Below, piece after piece: positions 47,428 through 56,406 of a stretch of 64,000 nucleotides of DNA (positions within the stretch are counted from its first letter, which is position 1; every line of letters begins with the position of its first letter). The stretch spans positions 1 to 64,000 of the IMG/VR virus record IMGVR_UViG_3300042465_009257; one strand, given 5' to 3'. Under the pieces are notes generated by a model. The model did not search any database. It saw only the letters and a program-made list of their open reading frames with translations, and had not been told where the DNA came from. The translations under genes were made by a program, and so were the position numbers. The DNA comes from a virus.

Positions 47428-47984
47428 GCGATAAAAGATTGAAGTTCACTGTAAGGCGTAATATTCAAAAGTTCCACTCGATTGTCAGCTAAGAAAGAGT
47501 ATTCGTTCACCACATCTCTATCATGATATACGCCGATCCCCCGTGTCACAAGCCCGAATCGTGTCCCTTCGATAGCCATCGTTTTTAGCCCAGCCTGTTT
47601 CGCCAAATTCGCGAAAGTAAACCAAGCGTCTCCGCACCACTCTTGGCCAATCAGCCATTCTTCCTCTGGATTGATGTCATCCATAACAATCACCCCATTA
47701 CTGGATAAACACTTCAAAGAATTTTCAAAGTCTTTCGTTACCTGAGAGGTTTCGTGACAAGCGTCGATAAAAACAACGTCCCACTCTTCTTTATTCTGAA
47801 GAAAAAAATCATCCGTTGACATGCAAAACGTGGGTGAACTTCCTGGATTGATATCCACTCCCGCTTTCCGGCCAGCTTGGACATTATTGAATGTAGCTCT
47901 TGGATCTCGGACCCCCAACTCCAAGTATGAGTCCAGATTCCGTGTTTTTAAGATTTCGTTGATAACTTCGTGATAATTTAACAT
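47424..47984 (-). CDS. class I SAM-dependent methyltransferase
   Basis: YLELGV, VFIDACH, GVIVMDD. Confidence 0.8.
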   Translation of the reverse strand: MLNYHEVINEILKTRNLDSYLELGVRDPRATFNNVQAGRKAGVDINPGSSPTFCMSTDDFFLQNKEEWDVVFIDACHETSQVTKDFENSLKCLSSNGVIVMDDINPEEEWLIGQEWCGDAWFTFANLAKQAGLKTMAIEGTRFGLVTRGIGVYHDRDVVNEYSFLADNRVELLNITPYSELQSFIA

Positions 47985-48610
47985 AATTTTTCTTTATTTA
48001 GGAATTCCTGCCACCCTTCTGAGAACACACCTCCTCGTCGGCAAAAATTAAAATAGATCTTTTTCTGTCTAGCTTTCAACAGAATACGTGGATTCAGTGA
48101 TTGAGCGTAAGAATTTCCTTCTATCTCGAATTCCCAAGGTGACATCTCTTTTTTTAAAACCTTTTTTAAATAATCCGTCCGCCAAATTGAGGGTTGAACA
48201 GAGTTTAGATATTGACTATAAGCATTAAATAAATATAGGTCATTTTCTAAGTTTGTCAAGGAATAAACTCCATCTGGATATAATGTATCGAACATTATTT
48301 TGTCAGCCCCATATTCCTCTAAAATTGCAATATGATCGCTCAAAAATTCATTTGTAATAGGTTCCGCTAAATAGTAGTCCTCCAAAATGAAGACCGTATA
48401 GTCAGTAGTCACTTCATCTAAGCCTACCAACATCCTTTGACCCCATGGTCCTTGGACTAACACGTTCTTATAGGTCGGCAGGGGGATAGTCTCCCCGATG
48501 AAAATGTCAGTGGTATTGGCCTGCCAGTAACGACGAAACAAAATGTCGAAATTCCGGCATAGCGGAAAATATGCGTCACAAGACCCAATGATTACAGATA
48601 TATTACTCAT
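47978..48610 (-). CDS. putative glycosyltransferase (GT-A-like)
   Basis: SCDAY, LEDYYL, QPSIW, SPWEFE. Confidence 0.6.
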   Translation of the reverse strand: MSNISVIIGSCDAYFPLCRNFDILFRRYWQANTTDIFIGETIPLPTYKNVLVQGPWGQRMLVGLDEVTTDYTVFILEDYYLAEPITNEFLSDHIAILEEYGADKIMFDTLYPDGVYSLTNLENDLYLFNAYSQYLNSVQPSIWRTDYLKKVLKKEMSPWEFEIEGNSYAQSLNPRILLKARQKKIYFNFCRRGGVFSEGWQEFLNKEKLC

Positions 48611-49292
48611 AAAATGCTTTCAGTTCTGCTAGTTGGGTTTCAATTGAAGAGGTAAACTCGCCTATAATACATTTGTCCGATCCTATTCCGCTAATAGGTT
48701 TAATCTCAATATCTAAATTGAAACATTTTTTGATTTTGCTTAATAGGTCAAATTTGGAAATGCATTCAGACCTATAACAGTTTAAAGTTTCGCCTCCATT
48801 TTTCATCAACTTTTGACAGATTTCCGCCCATTTTAGAGTTGTGATACCATTCCATTTCGCGCTAGTATAGCCATTAATTTCCCCTTTCTGAGATAATACC
48901 CAAGACAATAGACTGTCATTACTATTTTTTTCTATTCCAATAATTGAAGATTTAATGATAGTTGTTCTCTGCCCATAAGCTAAAATCCAATCAGACGCTA
49001 TTTTTTTAGAAATTCCATAAGAAGAATCGTCCGATTCACAATCTGTTGCTGGATGAAAAATTTGAGCTTTAGTATATTTTTCTAAAAAGTAAGGGAGAGA
49101 TGTATTTAGACTAAAATCTTTATGCTTTTGGGGGATAGCTCCGATACAATTGATAATGAAATCATAATTTTCTAAGCTATCGCGAAATTCTAGAGATGGA
49201 AATCTATAAGGCGAAACTTCTGCTTCGGGGAAAAACTTTTTGACAGCATTCCCCAGCATTCCATTCGATCCTAAGATTAAAACTTTATCCAT
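48603..49292 (-). CDS. RmlD-like sugar nucleotide reductase
   Basis: ILGSNGMLG, INCIG, YGISK, WNGIT. Confidence 0.8.
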   Translation of the reverse strand: MDKVLILGSNGMLGNAVKKFFPEAEVSPYRFPSLEFRDSLENYDFIINCIGAIPQKHKDFSLNTSLPYFLEKYTKAQIFHPATDCESDDSSYGISKKIASDWILAYGQRTTIIKSSIIGIEKNSNDSLLSWVLSQKGEINGYTSAKWNGITTLKWAEICQKLMKNGGETLNCYRSECISKFDLLSKIKKCFNLDIEIKPISGIGSDKCIIGEFTSSIETQLAELKAFYE

Positions 49293-49293
49293 G

Positions 49294-50046
49294 TTATTTT
49301 TTCAGAATTAATGTCCAATTATTATTTGCATGTGTTTTTGGATATTCTGGAATTACATTTACATACTTAAAGTGTTTCGCCGCTAAGTCAAGTAAAAAAT
49401 CTTTTCTCTGGTCCCATATATTCATCATGAAAAATCCATTTTCACAGTTTTTAATAATGGAGTCAAAATAAAACTGAATTCCATCTTCATCAAATTCTGA
49501 TAAACACCAATTAGAAATAACTAAGTCAAAATCTCTAGTTGGAACAGATGGAAAGTTAAAATAGTCGCAGTCATGATCAAAAAGTTCCATATATTTTCGA
49601 CAAAGCCCTAGAGTTTGGGGAACATCAACAAAAGAATACGACTTTACACCTGAATCAATAATAATTTTTCCCTGTCCACCATAACCACTCCCAATCTCGA
49701 CAATTTCAAAATCTCTCAAGTTTCCAAAGTTTGCTCTAAGATTCTGTAAAATATTCAAAAAATATAATGTTCCTGGGGATATCGTTGCAGCAGGGTAATC
49801 GTAAAGAATTGGAGATCCAAATTTATCATTCTCCTTATATTTATCAAGCTCCTCCATAATAGACGAGTCTTTCTCAATATTCGAATATAGAATATCGGCA
49901 ATTGATTTAGGCAGAACATCGTTCCCAATCACTCTCCTAAATATCCAATTTTGCTTAAATGTTTTAAAGCTTTCTTCATTTTGACAGATAGCTAAGCATT
50001 CTGCTAGAAATTGGTTTCCTACTTCTTCTTGTGGTAACCAGATCAT
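49294..50046 (-). CDS. putative sugar O-methyltransferase
   Basis: GSP, EIGSGYGG, DLVISNW.LSE. Confidence 0.75.
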   Translation of the reverse strand: MIWLPQEEVGNQFLAECLAICQNEESFKTFKQNWIFRRVIGNDVLPKSIADILYSNIEKDSSIMEELDKYKENDKFGSPILYDYPAATISPGTLYFLNILQNLRANFGNLRDFEIVEIGSGYGGQGKIIIDSGVKSYSFVDVPQTLGLCRKYMELFDHDCDYFNFPSVPTRDFDLVISNWCLSEFDEDGIQFYFDSIIKNCENGFFMMNIWDQRKDFLLDLAAKHFKYVNVIPEYPKTHANNNWTLILKK

Positions 50047-50047
50047 A

Positions 50048-50902
50048 TTAAATTAAAGGAATAATTTCTTCCACAGTAAACTGTTGGCACTCATTCGAAA
50101 AAGGCCCATTTTCTAAAACTTTCTCATGAAGATTCTCACCGGCTTGAAGACCAATTGTTTTAATTTTAATATCTGCGCCATTTCCATATTTTAAGATCAT
50201 AGCGTGTAATAAATTGTTGATCGACATTGATTTCATTTCTGGGCAATATGGGGCAGAGTCTACAGCCTTATCCATACAGTCAAAAATCAAATTAACTGCA
50301 TCTGATACTGTCCAGAAGAATCGCGTAGCATCTAGGCTTGTTACTACTACTTCGCCGCCGCTTTGAATTAAATCCTTCCATTTGCATAATACGGAGCCAG
50401 TTGAATATAGAACATTCCCATATCTTACAATTCGATACTCGGTAGAAGAATTAAGTTTCTCAAATTGATGGAACATGCGCTCCATCATTAATTTCGTTGC
50501 CCCGTACACTCCATTAACTTGGGCCGCTTTATCTGTAGAAACACCCAAAACAAAATCCATTTGATTTTTTAGAGATTCTTCTAAAATATTCAAAGAGCCT
50601 AAGATATTAGTTTTAGTATTTTCTCTAACAAATTTTTCTGCCAATCCAACGTGTTTACTTGCAGCTAAATGAAACACTCCGTTAACACCTACCATTGCCT
50701 GCTTAACTTCAAATGGATCAGCAATATCGCCTGGATAAATTTCGACATTAGGAAGAGCCTGCTTAAGTTCAATCAATTTACCTTCATCACGGGCCATGGC
50801 TCGAACTTGTCCTCCCGCATCAATAATACGAGAGCAAAGGCTTTTGCCTAAAAACCCAGATCCACCCGTTACCAAATATTTTTTATTTTCAATTTTTAAC
50901 AT
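50048..50902 (-). CDS. UDP-GlcNAc 4,6-dehydratase-like (PseB/CapD family)
   Basis: VTGGSGFLG, HLAASKHV, STDKA, YGATK, RYGNV, TRF, GENLHE. Confidence 0.85.
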   Translation of the reverse strand: MLKIENKKYLVTGGSGFLGKSLCSRIIDAGGQVRAMARDEGKLIELKQALPNVEIYPGDIADPFEVKQAMVGVNGVFHLAASKHVGLAEKFVRENTKTNILGSLNILEESLKNQMDFVLGVSTDKAAQVNGVYGATKLMMERMFHQFEKLNSSTEYRIVRYGNVLYSTGSVLCKWKDLIQSGGEVVVTSLDATRFFWTVSDAVNLIFDCMDKAVDSAPYCPEMKSMSINNLLHAMILKYGNGADIKIKTIGLQAGENLHEKVLENGPFSNECQQFTVEEIIPLI

Positions 50903-51220
50903 TTATTTATTTTTAATTAAATCTACCAAAGCGTCAAGATTCTTAATCTCAACCCGTTCTTTTCCAGCGCTTTGTATTGCTGTCAATTTATTCTCCCCCA
51001 TCTTATTATCAAAAATCCACCAAGCTACCCATTGATTATCATCTCCAATTTCTCGTTGAATAGCATCAGTATATTTATCAAAAAGTCTCCAACTTAAATC
51101 TCCTAAACCCATACTGACATCAGCCCCGAGAACTTTCTCCAACGCGCTCCACTTATCGTTTAGCTCTTCATGAAATTGAAGCACTGTTTTAATTTTCTCT
51201 TTAATTTCTTTACGTTTCAA
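50903..51220 (-). CDS. hypothetical phage protein
   Basis: 105-aa ORF, W..WW.FD..G motif. Confidence 0.65.
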   Translation of the reverse strand: MKRKEIKEKIKTVLQFHEELNDKWSALEKVLGADVSMGLGDLSWRLFDKYTDAIQREIGDDNQWVAWWIFDNKMGENKLTAIQSAGKERVEIKNLDALVDLIKNK

Positions 51221-51345
51221 GCTTTTAATTTGTTTAAGATTTCCTCCCGCTTTTTATTCATATATTCCGCCAACTCAGTTCCCTCCAACTTATAACACTC
51301 CTCATGAACCGCGCCGCAGTATTGAGTTGTTAAAGGGATTATACT
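51217..51345 (-). pseudogene. orphan 3' end of a glycosyltransferase gene
   Basis: IIPLTTQYCGAVHEECYKLEGTELAEYMNKKREEILNKLKA* aligns with C-terminus of 52528-53331. Confidence 0.7.
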
Positions 51346-51392
51346 CCATTTCGCCCCGATGTCAACTTTTTTCTATTTTTTTGTAAATAAAA

Positions 51393-51420
51393 TTTCCAAC
51401 TCCTAATTTTAAATTGTAAT
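51393..51420 (+). promoter_or_regulatory. class II (putative late) promoter
   Basis: TTTCC-N17-TGTAAT. Confidence 0.7.
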
Positions 51421-51444
51421 ACAATATATAACCCAACAAATTAT

Positions 51445-51618
51445 ATGCAAAAAAGATTAAAAGACCAAGAAAGAATAGACCTCGTGTCTAAATATGAAAA
51501 CGGAATGAGTTCGTGCCAACTTTCGATTGAGTATGGAATCACGGATACAGCGATTCTGGGATTGTTAAAGCGTCGTGGGATCAAGATCCGGAAAAATTCA
51601 GATTATAAGACCAAATGA
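51445..51618 (+). CDS. small HTH protein (57 aa, not in ORF track)
   Basis: YENGMSSCQLSIEYGITDTAILGLLKRRGIKIR; ATGA overlap with endonuclease. Confidence 0.7.
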   Translation: MQKRLKDQERIDLVSKYENGMSSCQLSIEYGITDTAILGLLKRRGIKIRKNSDYKTK

Positions 51619-52553
51619 AGAAAAGTCGCGTTGAATTAAATGATGATCAAAAAACAGAGATAATCACAGCATATGGAAATGGAGAGAAGATTCCGATGCT
51701 TAGAAATAAGTTTAATATTTCGGCAGAAAGAATTTCTAATCTTCTTAAGGATGCTGGAGTGAATTTACGAAAGCGCGGTGAATTACGTACGTATTCCATA
51801 AATCAATCTTATTTTGAAGAAATAGATACCGAGGATAAATCTTATTTCTTGGGCCTTCTCTATGCCGATGGCAATCAGGGGTCCGGCCCCTCCTCCAGAG
51901 TCAGAATTGAGCTAGCAGAGACTGATAAGGATATACTAGATCGATTTAATGATTGCCTCGATACAAATAAACCGTTATATTTCAGAAATCTTCGGGAGAA
52001 AAATCCTAATTGGCAAAATACCTATACACTGGAAATAAACAGTAAGAAAATTAGCGCAGATTTGCTTAATTGGGGATTGGTTCCAGCTAAAACTTTTAAA
52101 ATTAAATTTCCAGATTTTTTAAGAGAAGACTTAATCATTCCTTTCATTCGTGGTTATGTCGATGGAGACGGTTGTTTGTTTCGATCTTCTGTAACCATCT
52201 GCGGAAATGTGGAATTTTGCGAACAGCTTCGACAAATTATATTCGATTTAACAGGTATTAAATCAGCGTTAAGACTTCCCCAAAACCATCATCCAGACTT
52301 TAGAGTATTGATTATAGAGGGCGGCTTAAACGTCAAGAAGTTTTTAACTTGGCTTTATGGTGATTCAAAAATTCATATGGAAAGGCGTTATCAAAAATAT
52401 TTATCATTCCTTGAATGGTCTCCCAAGCCAAAGAAAAATCTTCTTCGAGGAAATGATGGGGATCTTATGGGGGCGGAAGAAAAAAGAATCAGAACAAATT
52501 CTCGCGCACGGGACCGATGGCAGAGAATTAAGAGCGAGAAAGTAACGAAATGA
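51615..52553 (+). CDS. LAGLIDADG homing endonuclease
   Basis: SYFLGLLYADG and FIRGYVDGDG. Confidence 0.85.
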   Translation: MKKSRVELNDDQKTEIITAYGNGEKIPMLRNKFNISAERISNLLKDAGVNLRKRGELRTYSINQSYFEEIDTEDKSYFLGLLYADGNQGSGPSSRVRIELAETDKDILDRFNDCLDTNKPLYFRNLREKNPNWQNTYTLEINSKKISADLLNWGLVPAKTFKIKFPDFLREDLIIPFIRGYVDGDGCLFRSSVTICGNVEFCEQLRQIIFDLTGIKSALRLPQNHHPDFRVLIIEGGLNVKKFLTWLYGDSKIHMERRYQKYLSFLEWSPKPKKNLLRGNDGDLMGAEEKRIRTNSRARDRWQRIKSEKVTK

Positions 52554-53331
52554 TTTGTTTTCGCTTCTCTTTTAGCTTCACCCCTAACTCCCTCCCGTTA
52601 AATTTATATAAATCTTCCCCAATCGCGCCGCACCACCCAGGAACAATCGGTAAAACCCGCATCATAGACGCCTCTGTTAAAACGCGACAATAAGATTCGA
52701 TGGTGTAAGAGGGGGCAAAAACATAACAACTGTAGTCTTTCAAGGTGTTAAGGAATTCCAGATATTCCATGTTCCCAATAATGTCAAACGGAATATTCAA
52801 CTTTTTACATAAATCCGCCGAAGACCGTTCCCCCTTATAATCCCCGCTGATTATCGCCGCTCGGCCATTTTTTGGGCTGGATTCCTTTGAGACGCAAAAT
52901 TCAATGATTTCATCAGTCCAAAGATTGCCTCCCCAACTTTCCGTGTTTTCAAATCCATTTAATTTAAAAATAGATTCTTGGAAGGAGCTTTGACAAAAAA
53001 TCTTGGCCGATTTAAGGAATTCTACGTTAATCAGATGGTCTGGTTCAACTTTGAAGTCGGCATATTGGGCAGGATTTCTGGAACCAACGAAGAGGAAATC
53101 GTGGCTAATGTGGACGACATTCCCACGAGAAATAAGAATATCCTGAGAATCGTGACTTAAACTAGCAAAATTAGATACAATATATTTATCGGCGAGGTGC
53201 GGATTCTGATTAAATTCTTGGCAAGTTTGGAAATCAGGTTTTAGTTCAGCGTAAATAATGGCATCGCAAGATTCTGCTCCGCGATAACTGCTGCCAATCG
53301 GATTATCCGCGATAAAAAGTATTTTACTCAT
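52528..53331 (-). CDS. GT-B fold glycosyltransferase-like protein
   Basis: GAE..D, HD, YKG, ESYCRVLTEA (ExxxRxxxEA). Confidence 0.7.
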   Translation of the reverse strand: MSKILFIADNPIGSSYRGAESCDAIIYAELKPDFQTCQEFNQNPHLADKYIVSNFASLSHDSQDILISRGNVVHISHDFLFVGSRNPAQYADFKVEPDHLINVEFLKSAKIFCQSSFQESIFKLNGFENTESWGGNLWTDEIIEFCVSKESSPKNGRAAIISGDYKGERSSADLCKKLNIPFDIIGNMEYLEFLNTLKDYSCYVFAPSYTIESYCRVLTEASMMRVLPIVPGWCGAIGEDLYKFNGRELGVKLKEKRKQIISLLSRS

Positions 53332-53338
53332 GGTTTAT

Positions 53339-53797
53339 TTAATAAGCTTTTCTCGCAGCTTGCCATAATTCCCAACTCTCTTGAACTCCACGGTTTAGAA
53401 AAACAGATCCCTCTTCATTAAATTCTGTATTCCAGCCTTTATTATTGGCATAATTTACGAATTTTGAATGAATTGAATCGAAAACAGGAGTTTCTGTATA
53501 ATAACTATTCCCATCCATTTCTGCTGGATAAGATTTAATATTTTCCAATCCGACATCTATTAGTAAAGGTTTCCAAGTTTGCACCAGCGGTGCCGAATCC
53601 CGGTCAAAATTGAACAAAGCTGAATTCCATTCTCCTTCAACCCCCTCCAAGACCAATTTAGTATAAGATCGCCCTTCTTCGCCACTAAGAATTTTATACT
53701 TTTGGCCAATAACGAAATTTCGATTTGCCATTACCTGTTCATAGTCATATCCGCCAGCACAGGTAAAAGTTGCCCAACATTCAGTGTTTTTGCTCAT
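53339..53797 (-). CDS. hypothetical protein
   Basis: leaderless after TTGACA-N17-TATAAT. Confidence 0.65.
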   Translation of the reverse strand: MSKNTECWATFTCAGGYDYEQVMANRNFVIGQKYKILSGEEGRSYTKLVLEGVEGEWNSALFNFDRDSAPLVQTWKPLLIDVGLENIKSYPAEMDGNSYYTETPVFDSIHSKFVNYANNKGWNTEFNEEGSVFLNRGVQESWELWQAARKAY

Positions 53798-53837
53798 TTA
53801 TTGATTATACATTATTTTTTGTGATTGTCAAGTAAAA

Positions 53838-53865
53838 TTTCCATTTTTCAACCTTTTGCTGTAAA
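53838..53865 (+). promoter_or_regulatory. class II (putative late) promoter
   Basis: TTTCC-N17-TGTAAA, ATG 7 nt downstream. Confidence 0.65.
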
Positions 53866-53872
53866 GAGACCT

Positions 53873-54319
53873 ATGGATAACCAACCTGAAATTGACTGGG
53901 AGAAGATGACCCCAAGCCAGCGAAGCCGAAGCCAGGCTGGACTTGTTAAGGTCAATGGGTTTAAAGCTCTACTGTTTGCGATTGCCCTTGTGGCTCAACC
54001 AATTTGGCAAGCTTATTTTAAAGATCAGGATATGGCCCGCGCTTCAGAAATTATCAAAAATGAGAAACAGGCTGAATCTGCCCTCTCTCTTTCTAAAGCC
54101 GCCATTTCCCAAGTTACAATTCTTTCTTCCCAACTAGGCGAATTAAAATCTGAAAATGAGACCCTTCGCCGCGAGTTAGTCATTTTAACTGATAAATATA
54201 CAGATTTGACTCAGAAGTATAAAGATATGGAAACTTCATATGTCCAAACTCTTGAAGAAAAAAAGATACTTGAATTGCGGATTGATGAGCTTTTTAAAAA
54301 GCATAATGCTACACAATGA
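53873..54319 (+). CDS. membrane-anchored coiled-coil protein
   Basis: hydrophobic ALLFAIALVA segment followed by long heptad region. Confidence 0.65.
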   Translation: MDNQPEIDWEKMTPSQRSRSQAGLVKVNGFKALLFAIALVAQPIWQAYFKDQDMARASEIIKNEKQAESALSLSKAAISQVTILSSQLGELKSENETLRRELVILTDKYTDLTQKYKDMETSYVQTLEEKKILELRIDELFKKHNATQ

Positions 54320-54747
54320 ATACTAATACGAAAGACTACCTAAGGGATCACCCCTGTTATCTTGTCGCGGCAATAATCCTCGCTTCAGAGGGAATTCCTG
54401 ATATCCTTAAACAGATTTACGGAAATGAGAAAAACGCATTTGATGCTCTGCAAATTGCGCAAGTTTATGCTGGGAATATGAGAGTCCATCAGCCATCTGA
54501 TTTTCCTATTTACGTTTCCCCCAAAGGGGATATTACTAAAATTCCAGAACGTTTAGCTGGCCTGATTCTCTCTGAGACTGAATTTTTTACCGCTCTCGTT
54601 TGTGACCGTTCCCCTTCTGTAATTTATGATGAATCTTGGCTTGCAACTCTACCTAAAGCATCACGATTAAAACTAAAGGAAAAGTATAAAGAGTTAACTA
54701 TTAGCCATAAGCTTCCTAATCTTGCGCCTTCCCATCCCAGCCATTGA
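54316..54747 (+). CDS. hypothetical protein
   Basis: ATGA overlap with upstream gene. Confidence 0.6.
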   Translation: MNTNTKDYLRDHPCYLVAAIILASEGIPDILKQIYGNEKNAFDALQIAQVYAGNMRVHQPSDFPIYVSPKGDITKIPERLAGLILSETEFFTALVCDRSPSVIYDESWLATLPKASRLKLKEKYKELTISHKLPNLAPSHPSH

Positions 54748-55194
54748 GTGGTCGCCCCTAGTAAGCTTCTCCTTTGAAAAATAAACCTTCATAATAGATT
54801 TTCTTTGATAAGGTAAGATTAGCCCTAAGAAGTGATCTAAATCTGCTCCAATTCCAGGATCGCGGTCATAAAAACTTGGTTCCGAAACAGAATCTAATGG
54901 AAATTCATTAAATTTGGGTTTGTTTTTCTTATAAAATCCAGTCATCTGATTCAGAATCACCCAAGTAGCGAAAGTTATAAACTTTGATTTTTTATCTGGG
55001 TCAAACCTCATCGCGGCTCTCTCAAAAGCAATCCATCCTTCTTGGATATAATCGTCTAAATCATTACGCCCTTGAGAGAAAGAAATAGCCATTTTCATGA
55101 TAATTCCTTTATTGGCCGCGACGAGTTTCTCAAAAATCCGATTTGATTTCGTTTCTTGATATTTCGCTACTAAGGATTCGTTCGTTTCTGACAT
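54694..55194 (-). CDS. sigma-70 family RNA polymerase sigma factor (short)
   Basis: region 2 DDYIQEG..AF.RA..RFDP....KF.TFA.W; degenerate region 4. Confidence 0.8.
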   Translation of the reverse strand: MSETNESLVAKYQETKSNRIFEKLVAANKGIIMKMAISFSQGRNDLDDYIQEGWIAFERAAMRFDPDKKSKFITFATWVILNQMTGFYKKNKPKFNEFPLDSVSEPSFYDRDPGIGADLDHFLGLILPYQRKSIMKVYFSKEKLTRGDHSMAGMGRRKIRKLMANS

Positions 55195-55196
55195 AA

Positions 55197-55934
55197 TTAT
55201 TTATTTTTATTTCTTTCGATAATCCCTACTACTGTGAAGATTTCTGGATTTTCCATGCTTTCAACAGTTCCATTCCATTTTCCGCTGAGAGTATAGCCGC
55301 CAGACTCCATCAATTTTGGAATATCTGCTGCCGTGTAGCCTGTTTCTACCATAGATTTAATTAGCAGATTTGCAGCATTGGGAACAGTTTTAATTTCTGG
55401 TTTATCGTTCGGGTCCAATTCTTCAAAAGAAACGCTAGCAATATTCAATGCTTGACGTAAAGCTCGACATTCGGCACGGTTTGACGCTAGAGCCTCAGCA
55501 TATTTGAAAAAGTTTGGACTGCAATTATCTACTGAGCAATTTGCTAAGCTGGAAATTACCGTTTCGTAAGGCTCGTCTACTGTCGGAACTAGTGTCATCT
55601 CAACAGAAACAACGGCCCGATGATCCTGACGTTCGCAAAGTTTAAAAATAGTCTTACTGACACCTCGTTTACGAGCAATTTCGCGGAATCCAGCCAAAAG
55701 GATAATTAGTCCCTCATCTGGCGCTTCAGCTTTAAGCCGTTCTTTTTCAGACTCCTCCAGACTTTCAGAATCAATTCCAATCCGAGCATAAAAATGAGGA
55801 TTGAGGATAATGTTTTGAGAACTGACGATTTTGCGCCAATCAGTTGAACCATCTTCTTTTTGCGGCAAAGCAGGGCGAAGCGATGGACTTGCCTTGGCGG
55901 TTCGAGTTTTTTTAGTTTTTGTTTCTTCTGACAT
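55197..55934 (-). CDS. putative ssDNA-annealing (Rad52/Sak-like) protein
   Basis: LAGF..IA..RG and ALASNRAECRALR..LNI...EEL motifs. Confidence 0.45.
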   Translation of the reverse strand: MSEETKTKKTRTAKASPSLRPALPQKEDGSTDWRKIVSSQNIILNPHFYARIGIDSESLEESEKERLKAEAPDEGLIILLAGFREIARKRGVSKTIFKLCERQDHRAVVSVEMTLVPTVDEPYETVISSLANCSVDNCSPNFFKYAEALASNRAECRALRQALNIASVSFEELDPNDKPEIKTVPNAANLLIKSMVETGYTAADIPKLMESGGYTLSGKWNGTVESMENPEIFTVVGIIERNKNK

Positions 55935-55941
55935 AAATTGT

Positions 55942-56193
55942 TTAATTCTTAGACTTTAATGAAAGATAAATTCTTATTACGATCTGTGCAAATAGCATTA
56001 TAACGATACACGGAAAATTGCACAAAACACACCATAGAGGTTTTTCAAAAATATAGTCAATCATTCCTTCTTGATCGCTTGGTTTTAGACCTGGCCGCGC
56101 TGAAAACCAAATTTGTGCGCCGCAAAACCACCAAACAGTCGCAATAAAAAGGAAAAGGATCATGAAAAGCGTAGAAAAATTAATTGTACCCAA
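55942..56193 (-). CDS. small membrane protein
   Basis: two hydrophobic segments. Confidence 0.55.
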   Translation of the reverse strand: MGTINFSTLFMILFLFIATVWWFCGAQIWFSARPGLKPSDQEGMIDYIFEKPLWCVLCNFPCIVIMLFAQIVIRIYLSLKSKN

Positions 56194-56357
56194 GATACTG
56201 GGCCTAAAATTAAGAAAATCTTTAAATGGTGCATCTTGAATTCCTCAAAGCCTTTGTCACTATCAGCAAATACATCTGGATACTTTATCCGAACGACTTC
56301 TGATCCAATGGAATGCCAAATCCAAAGTGCGGCGAGGACTAATAGAAACGTTGTCAT
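56160..56357 (-). CDS. small membrane protein
   Basis: two hydrophobic segments. Confidence 0.55.
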   Translation of the reverse strand: MTTFLLVLAALWIWHSIGSEVVRIKYPDVFADSDKGFEEFKMHHLKIFLILGPVSWVQLIFLRFS

Positions 56358-56406
56358 GGTATTAATTCTTTCGTGAATTTTTAACTATAATTTAGAAGAG
56401 TATGCT

